Shown here: piece after piece, positions 1 to 17,907 of the stretch
Layout: each line of letters begins with the position of its first letter
Position numbering within the stretch: position 1 is the stretch's first letter
Source of the DNA: Chrysomallon squamiferum
Lineage: Eukaryota; Animalia; Mollusca
Direction: 5' to 3'
Length of the DNA stretch: 64,000 nt
Assembly (NCBI GenBank): GCA_012295275.1
Contig: CM022671.1
Location: 18,848,001 to 18,912,000, forward strand
Translations under genes and position numbers: made by a program
Notes under the pieces: generated by a model
The model's database searches: none
What the model saw: the letters and a program-made list of their open reading frames with translations, nothing else
What the model was told of the DNA's origin: nothing

Positions 1-32
1 TTCTTTTCAGGTAGATAAACAAATAGCTTCAA

Positions 33-79
<47 letters not shown>

Positions 80-1476
80 AAGATAAAAAAATTGATACAG
101 TTACTTCAGTAATCAGATATCTTAAGTGTACTTTATCAGTAACATTATCTTTACAGAAACCAAAACCAACATATATATGTTTAACCAAACATACATACAT
201 GTATACACACTCACACAGGCATACGCACACATATTTAACACGTGTGTATACAAAAATACACGCACAAATCCTAACATACATAAGTGACTATAATAACATC
301 AACATACATAAAAAGAAACTAGAACAAGCGAAAAATACTTTAAAAGAATAAAAGAATAAAAGTAAAATAAAAACAACAACAGCAACAACAACAAAAACAA
401 CAACAACAACAACAATAATAATAACCAATAATAAGCAAACTAAAATAATAATAATAATAATAATAATAATTCTTTTTGCTTTTCGTCAATAACCTGTGTG
501 TATATAAATCAAGTGTCAGTTCGTGTCACGGTGAAAACCGGTTTTTGCGTTGAGTATACGTCACGTTGTAGTGAACGAAATTCCTGTCATTTATGGACGT
601 ATTTCCTGTTGTTTCCCTTCACGTCATTGGATGAAGGGTAAATTGTCGTCTGCTTTGTTATCATGTGTCTGTTGCTGAAGTTGACCTGACGTGGTTAAAA
701 AAAAAAAAAAAAAAAAAAAATCAGTACGTATACCTCTTTTGTGTTTGATAGATACAGGTAATTCGTTATCTTATCTTCTTATATTTCAAAATCCGGAACA
801 CTACCGGTTTCAAACATTTCGGATTAAGGATTTTTAACCTGTAAAAAAAATCTTTGTCACTGTTAGCGTTGTGCAATAGAAGTAAAAAAAAAAAGAACAT
901 TAATGTTTATAATAATAAAAAAATAAACTTCTTATGATCGTATCTTCTTAGAGACACGGGAACTTCGGCACGCTCACTCATTCACAAAGAGATATACACG
1001 ATTATGTTATTCATGTTGAAATTTAATTGGGTGCTTAAACGTGTGGTGATCATAACTGCAAATGTAATTCACAGAATCTCGATCTAAAAAACTTTGAATG
1101 ATAAGTGTTTCTCAGAAATATTATGTTGTTTTAGATATTTCTTTAAAAATATAATAAAAACTATTAAAAACTTTATTTTTAAAATAAATAAATAAAAACA
1201 AAATGACAACAAGAATAATAATTATAAATAAATAATGAAAAAAGAAAATATCTGTCACTCTCAACTGACTACTTACTCCATGTCTTATAAAGAGGTAAAA
1301 AACAAACAAATAGAAAGAAAAAAAAAATATATATATATATATAAAAAAAAAACTTGGAAATTATGATATGATTTATTACTTCAGAATTAGCAGTTTTACT
1401 GTTCTTCTTTCTGAAAATACTTTACTTGTGAAAAAAACTCGCAAAAGTGTCATTTACAATAATTGTCATTTCTATA

Positions 1477-1623
1477 TTTTAAAATACATTCTTTAATGTA
1501 GATTTATTCTGGGCAAAAATATTTAGATTTAACGTGTTTAAAATCTAATGTTTTAAAATATATTTTTAATGTAGATTTAATCTTGGCAAAATATTTAGAT
1601 TTTTACGGATTTAAAATCTAATG
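1477..1623. repeat. Two-copy ~73-bp tandem duplication
   Basis: TTTTAAAATA..TTTAATGTAGATTTA..GGCAAAA.TATTTAGATTT.ACG..TTTAAAATCTAATG occurs twice head-to-tail (about 1477-1550 and 1551-1623) with a few mismatches. Confidence 0.8.
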
Positions 1624-2139
1624 GTTGAAAATAAACAGAATTTTATTTTACATTTTTTAAAAGTTTAATGGTAGATTTAGGTTGTGCAGTTGACTCGGTT
1701 ACACTTTTACTTCTATGAAATACAAACGGACGAACCTGAATAAGGAAATTCTTATACACTTTTTTATTATTGTTATTTTTTGAATTACATAGGATAAATC
1801 AAATACTTTTTGGTGAAGAAACGGATATTATATATCTGCTTATGTAATTTGTTTGTATGTTACTTACTGCTAAAAAAAATTGTTATAAATATTTTGGGTA
1901 TATTATATATTCCTTTAGATAGCTGATTCTTGCACACTCATCCCATTTTTAGTATATTAAAAAACAATCATCAACCTACTATGTTATAAAAATTAGAATT
2001 ATATCATTTACAGCATTAGTAAAGGTCCGTGGGGTACGTTCGTGAGTTGTGACTGTAATTCGAATCCCTGCCAATGCTGCTCGCTCTAATCTATGTAAAC
2101 AACACTAAAATATTTCGAGTTAAAAAATAAAAAGTTATG

Positions 2140-2675
2140 TGACTATATTTACGACTATGGAACCTCCAGCAGGAATGATAATAAATGTCCCAAAATATAT
2201 TGAAATGCTGAAGGACATTTTCATTTTAAACGTGATTGTTCTGACTTTGAAATATTCATGCTCCACGACACAAACGATAAAGAGCCACAGAGTTCTTCCT
2301 GAAGAAGACTATTACTGATTGACCTGGAAATAGCACTAACCTTAGTCCAGTTGAAAATATATTGGTTATAATGAAATAAAAAACAGAAACCAGGCAACCT
2401 ACTAGTTCCAAATTATTATAGGACGCAGTTCAAAATTTCTGGCCAAATGAAATCTGCACTGTCGGTCTCATCTGTTTTAAGCAGTCATTAAGAAAAATGG
2501 TGGACATATTAAAAATTTTAATTTATGAGAAAACACCGAAATATATGTTAACATCATCTGTTACTACGTTTCTGTAATAAATTCCAAAATACAAATTACT
2601 GGCATAATATTTCCTGGTTTATTTCTCAATTTTTCTGAAATTAGTCGCAGCATCCTAAGCGTTTGGCCATGACTG
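2140..2675 (+). mobile_element. Degenerate Tc1-family transposon, 3' part (transposase pseudogene fragment plus 3' TIR)
   Basis: Near 2320-2375 the + strand reads *PGNSTNLSPVENILVIMK (Tc1 motif WPGNSPDLNPIENLW). Near 2481-2513 it reads AVIKKNGGHIK (Tc1 C-terminus AVIKAKGGHTKY). The end CCTAAGCGTTTGGCCATGACTG is the reverse complement of a CAGTCATGGCCAAA-type Tc1 terminus. Stops and indels are present. Confidence 0.8.
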
Positions 2676-3709
2676 CATTATTTAAATGGAACCAGTAGAT
2701 TTTTGTTTTGTTTTGTTACTGTTGTTGTTTTAAATATTTTGAATCTAATGTTCACAGATTTTAATTATTTTATGTAATACATGATATATTGTATGTCATA
2801 AATACGAACTGTTGTAGCTCAGAAATGTTCTCCTTTTAATATTTTTCTCTAACTCATCAATATATAAAAAAACCTTATGAAATGAGCTATTTGTATTGAT
2901 AAAGTATATTTATATTTCAAAGTGACACTCTCTGTATCTGAATCCCCACTGCGATCGCATGTAAAATATACTGCAACATCTGCTGTCCTGTTCGGCTTTC
3001 GACAAAGATATACATTGATAATACTAAGACGCATTAATGGAATTTCTATTTACATGTCATCCTGCTGATTTACAATGTTTGTATCGAATTACGACTGATT
3101 AAACATTCGGACTCCAGCCTGGTAGATGTCTAGATAGCATCCTGACAGAGCCCATTTTTCACTGGGTAGTTACAGAAAGGAAGAAATGTCTTATTTGTTT
3201 AAAGTCAATAGGCTAATCCTATTACATTTCATCGAACTACAAAGCGAACGATTGTTCAATCATTCGAACCCCCGCTTGGTAGATTCTGAGATCCTGGTAT
3301 AGCCAACATTTAGATCTTAGTTATAAAATAAAATAAAATAAAATAAAATATAGAGTCGTTTTCAGTGTCAATATTGACAGTGTTATGAAATATAATTATT
3401 TAAATACTTCTGATTGGTTCATTTGCTATGCTTTAAGATAAATACATTATGATTTGAGTGGCATCCTAAACGGTGTGATTTGTATGGTGTTTTTTTGTTT
3501 GTTGTGTTGTTGTTTTTCATTTAATTGATAAAGTGATATATTAACTAAATTTTTAAAATATATCTTTGAATATTTGATATATATTGACACAAACAGAACT
3601 AAAGTCAATGGCTTTTATTATTATTATTATTATTATTATTTTAATGTAAATCGAAAATTATTTATGCTAGATTCGGAACTATTTAGAATTTCAGAAATAT
3701 GTGTTTCAT

Positions 3710-3712
<3 letters not shown>

Positions 3713-3785
<73 letters not shown>
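3713..3785. repeat. (CT)n microsatellite
   Basis: Direct read. Confidence 0.95.
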
Positions 3786-3789
<4 letters not shown>

Positions 3790-4069
3790 TCAAACACCTA
3801 TCTGATACTCCTACTTAAATAAAGAAAATGTCGTTTCTTCAGAATCTTAATTGGGTTTTTTTCCAAAAATATTCTGAAAATAAATAAATAAAAGTTTTAC
3901 ATATTCAAAAAAATATATATATGTAATAATTAAAACTTTGTCATTTCAAATTTATTTCTATACTGTCATTCATAAAGAAACAATTATGTTTACAAATGAT
4001 AAACAAATGTATCAATCTAACATATATGTGACTAGCAGGTGTCCTTTGAAGGGATTTCCTAAGTTTTCA

Positions 4070-4260
4070 TTGGTTGATAGAACTTTATCCAATCAGGCTT
4101 TTGTAAGCAACCCGGAGGTAAGATATACCTAGTTACTTACTGTCAATGAACTGAAAAAAGAGGTCAAACGACTCATAAAGTAGGCTAAAGTCACGTGACA
4201 AAAGTGACCCGGTGCGGAAATATTTTAGCGCACTTCTTGTACACGCACTCCATGATGTGT
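4070..4260. promoter_or_regulatory. Promoter-like island: CCAAT boxes, ETS-like sites, palindromic E-box/CLEAR GTCACGTGAC
   Basis: ATTGG at ~4069, CCAATC at ~4089, CCGGA, GTCACGTGAC at 4190-4199 and GCGGAAAT lie in a CpG-richer patch. A possible non-coding exon follows at 4404-4475 (cgcag|...gaag|gtgtgt). The target gene is unclear. Confidence 0.4.
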
Positions 4261-5618
4261 GTGTTTGTGTTTGTGTTTGTGTTTGAGTGTTTGAGGTTAA
4301 ATTTTAACCTTCTACTCAGTTAAGAAAAGCTGTCACTAACACACTAGTCATTGATAGAGTTAACTTTAGAGCAGAATAAGAACAATAATATTTTATTTCG
4401 CAGTTAGGACAGGACTGGATTGATGTCGGCAGCTACGACTAGTCACTAGTGAGGATTGCAGCATCACCACGGAAGGTGTGTGTACAAGCTGTTGCCGTGG
4501 CTGTTGTTAAGGATTTCCTTCAAAGAGGTGTCGAACTAATTCATTCGTCCTGCGTTCAGATGAATCGATAAATTCGGTGATCAAAGAACTGATAACGTTT
4601 TGTTGTGAATTTTATGACGCAAGCCAGCAGAGAGCTCATTTTTGACAAAAAAGATTTAAAAATCATGAAACAGTTTCTAAAAGCAGCATAGCCCCTAAAT
4701 CTCTGATTTAAATTTACTCTGCGGTTTAATATGTAAGAAAGACCTCAAGAAGGTTAACATCTTATTATAATTATTTAATAATTTAATCCTATTTTAGATG
4801 TTTTAGTAACAAAAGGATAATCTGAATTTATTTCACTGACTATGATGAGTATCTGAATGAGTCAAGAAGAAGAAGAAAGATGAAGACAGTTTATGTGGGG
4901 CGTAGATTGGAAGGGGCAATAACACCAAATGACCACAGAACAAATTGTTATTTTTCACAAATAGTTCCCTCTGACTCTTTATCTATAACTCATTAAGTCT
5001 CTCCCTCTCTAATACTCTGTTTTACTTGTATCCTTTTCTTCGTGCGATTTCCAAATCTATTAAAATTTAATTAGTAACCTAATACATACAAAATTATTCA
5101 TAAATATTTAATAATAATATAATGTTAAGTGTATTACCATTAAAAATATCCCCTGCAGTGAAACCCATTACAAAGCAATATTTTTTCGTACTGTTAATTC
5201 AAATGTTCCTGAATTAAAACAAAATTAAAAATAATAATTGTGTTGTATATATTTGTTTTTTAATGAACCATGAAGCTGTTATATATTTTGATAATAATAA
5301 TAATAATAATAAAAGAATACACGTTTATAGTTCCTGAAGTAATTTTATTGAATCAGTGCGAAAACTTGTCATTTAATTATTTATTGTTCGCATAATAATT
5401 ATGACATGAAAAAGGAAATTTGTTTCTGATAGTCTTATTAACTGACAGAAATGAATATTTTATCCTAAAGGAAGGGTCACATCAAACGTTCTTTTTTCAA
5501 TAAACTAAAACAGGATATAATCCAATCCTAGTATTAATGAGGATTTAATTATGGGATTGATAAATGCTTTTATCCTGCGATTAATCATGAATCTACAGTC
5601 CTTCCTCTCTAGTATTAA

Positions 5619-5674
<56 letters not shown>

Positions 5675-5676
5675 TG

Positions 5677-5733
<57 letters not shown>
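5619..5733. repeat. (AAT)n/(ATGATA)n compound microsatellite
   Basis: Direct read; it explains the poly-Ile ORFs. Confidence 0.95.
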
Positions 5734-6195
5734 GACAACTGCATTTGTTTCAGAAGTAAGGCATCTTGTATGAACTTTCTATAATCAGAAAATAACCATG
5801 TCTTTATAATTAAACGAAATGTTACTTAAAATATACTTCGTCTAAAAACAATATGTAAATGAATCCTTTTATTTTCCTTTTATATCTTCATACTACGATA
5901 ATGAACAGTAAGCTTTAAAAACGGGTCTTTTGCATCTATTATTCGTTTCCTTTTCAATATGACAGTGTGTCGTATAAACATACTTTAACTGACGTACAAG
6001 GCCTCTAGACATTGCTGTTTAGATTTCGTGTCTTATATATATATATATCATAATCATGATAGATGTAAGAAATTGTGCTGTAGAATTGTTTCTTCATTTA
6101 TAATGAAAATGTGCTTTTGAAATAATAATAGTAAAAAAAAACACACATATACAGAGAGAATGCCAAACAAGAATATAAAAAAGACAGACATGCAC

Positions 6196-6312
6196 GTAAA
6201 AAGACACACAATTATATGCACACATACAAATATAAAAAGACACATAATTATATGCACACCTACAAACATAAAAACACACACAATTATATGCACACATATA
6301 AACATAAAAAGA
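6196..6312. repeat. 36-bp minisatellite, ~3 copies
   Basis: The unit ATAAAAAGACACACAATTATATGCACACATACAAAC is repeated about 3 times and gives 12-aa periodic ORFs. Confidence 0.85.
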
Positions 6313-7223
6313 CATATAGACATACAGACACACGGAGAAATATATATATATATATATATTTTAAATTACAAAAACATACATACATAAAAAGAAACATACA
6401 TGTAGACATAAAAAGACATACATATATGCATATAGGCAAGCATAAAAAGAAAAGAAGAAATGATGAAACAAGAGGAAAGAAACACGAATAGAGAAATATG
6501 GAGAAACAAAATGATATATAAATATATCGATTTTTCTTTAGAGTTCTTAAATTTGTAATGAAAACAAATTACTTAACAGACGGCAAACATAATAAAACAA
6601 GTACATGTTCGTTGAATATATTCAGTGTAGAATATGCAGCTTAAATGTTAATATGAATTAAAAAATATATTACTCATTTGCATTGTAAAACCTCATAATG
6701 AACACAGACAAAAAGTAAAATAAAAACAATAAAAATATAGATTTTTTTTTTTTCAAGGGAAGCAACTACCTATAATCCCATTCTAAGTCAAGTTATCTTC
6801 CAGGAAAAATGTGCGATATGAGATTATATTATTATTAATACATTAGAAATATTCCTAGTAACATTACAACCACTATTACAAGAATCGTTATCGGTTACCA
6901 TTAATAAAACTAATACTGATTTTATTATTACTGCCACTACAACTTACGTTACGTTGACAGCCATAGAAATGATACTAATACAGGCTGAGCATCCATTAGC
7001 TGTGAACTTCTTGTCAAAAATGTTCCGAAAATTAGTTTTATTAAACAATAATGCTAGCCTTCGCGTTCAGTACACTTAGCGTGGAGTTTCTCATTCCCGA
7101 TAACTGTTTGTGTAACACAAAGTCAAGACCATTTACTTCATCTATGGGTATATACCGTGGTAAACAACAGTAATAATATTAAATGGGATTTTTCCACTCC
7201 CACTTTTTTCTCTTTTTTTCTTA

Positions 7224-7268
<45 letters not shown>

Positions 7269-7440
7269 GTTATTAAAAAGACTGTTTTCTGTAGATTTTT
7301 ATAATTGCTACACTAAAATATAAATTAAAAAAAAGAGCATCGTTAAAGGAAATATTTATTACCTTTTTCTTCTTTTTGTATTTATTGTCGGTCTTTTTCT
7401 TACTGTTTTTCTTCGTTCTGTTTTTTTTTTGGGGGGGGGT

Positions 7441-7496
<56 letters not shown>

Positions 7497-8694
7497 GTTG
7501 TTTTATTGTACTTTATAAAACAAAACAAAAACAAACATAAATTTTTAAATATTCGTTCTCTTCGTCAATAACACATTTAAAAACACTGTAATCGCACAAA
7601 AGCATGCACTCAGTTTTTGGCATTTTCACTTAACATGAGTAAACTATACACGTGTCATCTGAAAACCGAACGGCATATGACAGTTTTATTTATTTATTTT
7701 CTTGCATTTTTTGTTTTATTTTGGTTCAAAATAAAGAATTTCTGTTGCCACTAAACCTGACTGCAGAGAGAACAGGTAAGACGAAAATAATTTTTGTGCC
7801 AAATTTATAATTTTCTTGCATACTTACATACATGAACAATCATACATACACACGAATATACATATTTACATATATGCACATAGTTGAATATGTACTAACA
7901 CATACATACATACATACATACATGCATACAAGCATTACATGCATTCACATACAGGTTTCCTTTATTATTTAACAAACCACTATATTAGAAAATCACCGTT
8001 TGTTTAACTGCTTAATTCTGTTTCTTATATTAATTTGCTTTTTATTTTCAGTTACATGTTGTACTTTAATTATATTTTCGATTTTCAATAACACTTATAA
8101 CATTAATGGTGTAATCATAGTTTGTGTTGTCTGACCTTTGTGATCGATTAAACTGACAAACATACATTAGCGTAAAATAATATGACTTGTGCAACACCAT
8201 GCGTCACTTTTCTGAAGTACAGTGTATTTAGATTATTATTTTACTACTGAATATTTATATATGACTTATAAAATTGCATATACTTGTACGCTTAAAGTAA
8301 ATAAACTACTATTCCTTAAACCCAAAGTGAAATAACTATAACAGAGTGATATGCTTTCTAAGTAATGCTAAATATATGCACATTTAAGATAATAAAATAT
8401 CAGAATAATAATAATAATAATAATAATAATTCCAAATAAAAAGTGTTAGCAATGTATAACAATACTTTTATGCATATTAAATATTACAGTAAAATTTCTC
8501 GTTGATGAAAAATGCCTTACCGTAATTGTCATAACAAGGAAACAAATCATGTTTGAATAAGTATCAGACTGCGCACAATATGAAGATTTAATTGGAATAA
8601 ATTGTCTGGCTCACTAAATACTCTCTCTCTCTCTCTCTCGTTAATCTCTCATTGTACACATGTAAATGCACCTGAATATTTTTCAGAAATCAAA

Positions 8695-14462
<5,768 letters not shown>

Positions 14463-16539
14463 ACTTTTACACACATAAAGAATGAAAATGTTTATTATGA
14501 TATATTATCTGATTTTAACAACGAAATGACTGGGAGTGCAGAAATGAATATGTAATCTTTCGTCTCTCTCTCTTTTTTTATTCCATAACTACAAGACATA
14601 ATTAAGGTTTTTATTTAAAAGATATTTTTCCATTCAGGAATACATTTATTTAATCGGTGATGCGCATTAGGTTGTTGTTGTTTTTTTTGTTGTGGGGGTT
14701 TTGTGGTGGTTGGTGTTATTGTTTCCTTATGTTTTTGTTTTGTTTCGTTCGTTTGTTTGTTTGTTTTTTCTTGCTGATTGTTTTGTTTTGTTGTGTTTTA
14801 TTTGGGTTTTTTATTACAATAAAATCTGATATTTTTGTTACTATTTCATTTTTTTTTTTTTAAATTAATGACAAACTAAACGAAATATACAATGAAAGCT
14901 GACGAACTTTGAAAGAAAAGAAAAAGAAAAGAATCGAAATTAAGAAACAATAATTATATCAAATATACAACCATATATTTTGAAACCCGTAAAAAATGGG
15001 GGTGGGGAGGGATAATGAAAGCAAAATGTTTTGTATATGTGTGTATGTTTAAGGGACGAAATCAGAAGGTGGAATGAACCTGAACTTTAAACATCCATTC
15101 TTCACGCTCATACACCCTTTTATATGTACAAATTTAAACTATATTTATTCTTTTTTGTTTTAACAATTATGGTAAATTATGATACGTTAATAAAATGAAT
15201 TTAATTCAGGTGATAAAAGTTATTTTAATGAATCGAATACAATATATAAACAATTAGACCATCGTCTGAAGGACTCAAAGGAAAACAATCCTATAACAAA
15301 ACGTTAAATAAATACATATGATGAAATATCGTTTTTATTAACGGAAGGGAAACAACTCTTATTGTCGTACTTGAAAATAAATTCCAATATCCGGAACAAT
15401 TATTAAATCGGGAAGTCAAATTAATATTTAAAAACAGAGCAAAAGTACGTCAGTATCTATGGCAATGGCAAGTACATGTACCTAAATAATTAAATTTAAA
15501 AATTAATAAATAAATAACATTCCTGCTAATATTAATTGTGGAAGTAAATTTTAATACTGTATTTTTGTTCTGTACAATATACAAATTCGAAAATCAATGA
15601 ATAAATTAATCAAGTGATTAGTCAATGCATCCTTCTACCAAAATGGTTTAATGCAGTAAGGGAAACAACTCTAAAACTCTAAAATAAAATTAATTTGGTA
15701 ATGGTTACAGAATTTGGTCTATAGTGTAGTGAAAAGGCACTTGCTGTGTGTGTGAGTCTGGTGGAGTCAGTAAGAAATGTACTGTTAACCGTTATTAGAC
15801 AATAATATGATCATTTCCATCACAAAAATCCGTTCTTTTTAATAAACACACACACACACACACACACACAAAAATCGTTGTAAAGTGTGTGTAGTTATGT
15901 ATCTTTTATCCTCATATTTCGAGGGGTGAAGGCGATTAAAATAAATTGAGTAAAAGATTTTTATCTCAGAAAATGTGTTTAGAATAACTATGGGTCATCA
16001 AAAAAAATAGCTGTGGGTAACATTAGCTTCTGGAGTAAATTTATGAACGAACTATGAATTGCAGATATGAAAACTGAATATATTTAACTGAAAAACAATT
16101 ATTAAAATAAACAGAAAAAAAACTTTTCGTTTCTTGCTTCAGTTTCATTCTTACTAGTTACCGAGATAAGCAAGGATTCTTCAATATTCTTAAAACAAAC
16201 AAAAAACATGCATTTATATCATTTAATTAAATATGTAATAAAAACAAATATTCGGTGTCATAATTAGCATACAAAATAAGTATTTATTTACTTTTAAGCC
16301 TAAGCTTCTAATAGCTTTCGGCCTCATCGTGTCTAAAAGTAACGAAACTTCAATAACTGATTCAAATCCTGTGTGCGAACAAGCTTAAGCCCATTCCTGA
16401 GGACATTTTATCATTTAAGCATTTTGTGATGTAGAGATTCCCGTTTTTAAAACTGAAGCAAAATTAAAAATAATAATAATAACAACAACAATATTACTTC
16501 TCAACACTTGTTCATACTTAACGAATTAAAGAAATTCAA

Positions 16540-17170
16540 ACATCCCGCCAAAAGATTACAGATGGCGCTGCTGTCAATTTAATTCTCCACGCCTTCTCGT
16601 CCTTCATGCTCAGTCAGGATCTATTTTCTGTATGTCTGCGCACTTGCCCCAGAAAATTAACTAACTTTATTTCATTAATTCTTGCTTAATTGGTAAGTGT
16701 ACGATTAAATGAAAATCGTGTTAGTTTGTGCCATTTTCGAGCTTCAAATCTGTTATTCGATAAGTTTAATACATAAAATATTAGATGTGTAAATAGCAAT
16801 GGCAGCAGCCAAGTATTTGGTATTTATTCCTTGTTGCGCAGACTCAGTTGTGTATCCGCCATTTTGATTTTCCATTCTGAAAACTCGAATGTTAAGCGTA
16901 AATCTATACATCCATTTGAATACGTTGATAATTATGTTTATGTGAAATTAAAGTTAAATATCTTTACTTCTTTGGTTCAAAATTTTAATTGCATATAGAT
17001 GTACAATATGCAGAACCGTTCATATTACTATATAGCATACCAAACGCTTGATTGCAGTGAAAAACAACGGCGCAGTCGCATTGTGGCTATGTCCCAAAGC
17101 TCCTAAAGTAAAAATATCTGCGCATTTGACAGATGTTTGTTAGAAAAGCGACTAGAATCGCGCATCGACT
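16540..17170 (+). promoter_or_regulatory. NRF1 promoter and 5'UTR exon region with YY1 and NRF1-like motifs
   Basis: CpG-richer patch with donor ttg|gtaagt after 16692, YY1 motif CCGCCATTTTG at 16856-16866 and several GCGCA motifs (16637, 16835, 17070, 17119, 17159). The acceptor of the ATG-containing exon is at 17864/17865. Confidence 0.6.
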
Positions 17171-17907
17171 ATCATGTGCTACGAGATAAGAGCTAATTAT
17201 GGTTAAATGACCATTTTATTACATCATAAATATATTTTTTTTATTTTTAAAGGCTCATTCCATTTTCATTTTTTTTTTAATTTTTTTTTTTTTTTTATAT
17301 GTAACATGCTTAAACATAGAATTAGTTGAGAAGTATTGTTTACGTTTATTTTTATTCAATAACTGATTACATTTTGCAATTAAACTTTTGTATTTCACAA
17401 ATCTTAATTTTTACATCATATTATATATATATATAACAGCAATAATTGTCCACTTCAAAAGAAATAAAAAAATAAAAGTAGTAATGAAAATCCTCTAATA
17501 AAGACTTTCTGTTTTAAAAATATCCTAAACTTAATTAATATGTATTTTTTGCAATATTTTCTTTATTGGTGTAATATTTATTTACTAAGAAAAATAAAAA
17601 GTGTATATATATTTGGATAGCATGGTTTATCTCTCTTTATTGAATAGGCACTTGTAATTCAGAATAATTAAAAATATAATAAATGATATTTTAAAAGTTT
17701 GATACGTTACACGGTGCATCATGTTCTGCTTTTAAAATGTTTTGATGTAACAACTTTTGTTTTAATAAGGTTTTTTGTTCTATCTTAAAAATGTATTTGA
17801 TTTACTTATTTTTGAAAACATGCATTCAGCAAATCCCTATATTTTTATTTTTTATTTTTTATAGCTGCTGTTAGTTGTAAAGTATCCAGAACAGGGAGAA
17901 TTTTAAG

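Noticed and set aside
2015-2100. B-box-like TTCGAATCCC suggesting a tRNA
   Set aside because: No cloverleaf; at best a decayed tRNA-derived SINE head.
5505-5784. Poly-Ile ORFs on both strands
   Set aside because: They are translations of the (AAT)n microsatellite.
6054-6491. Periodic ORFs and a CRISPR-like 36-bp repeat
   Set aside because: Head-to-tail minisatellite without unique spacers, in a eukaryotic context with no cas genes.
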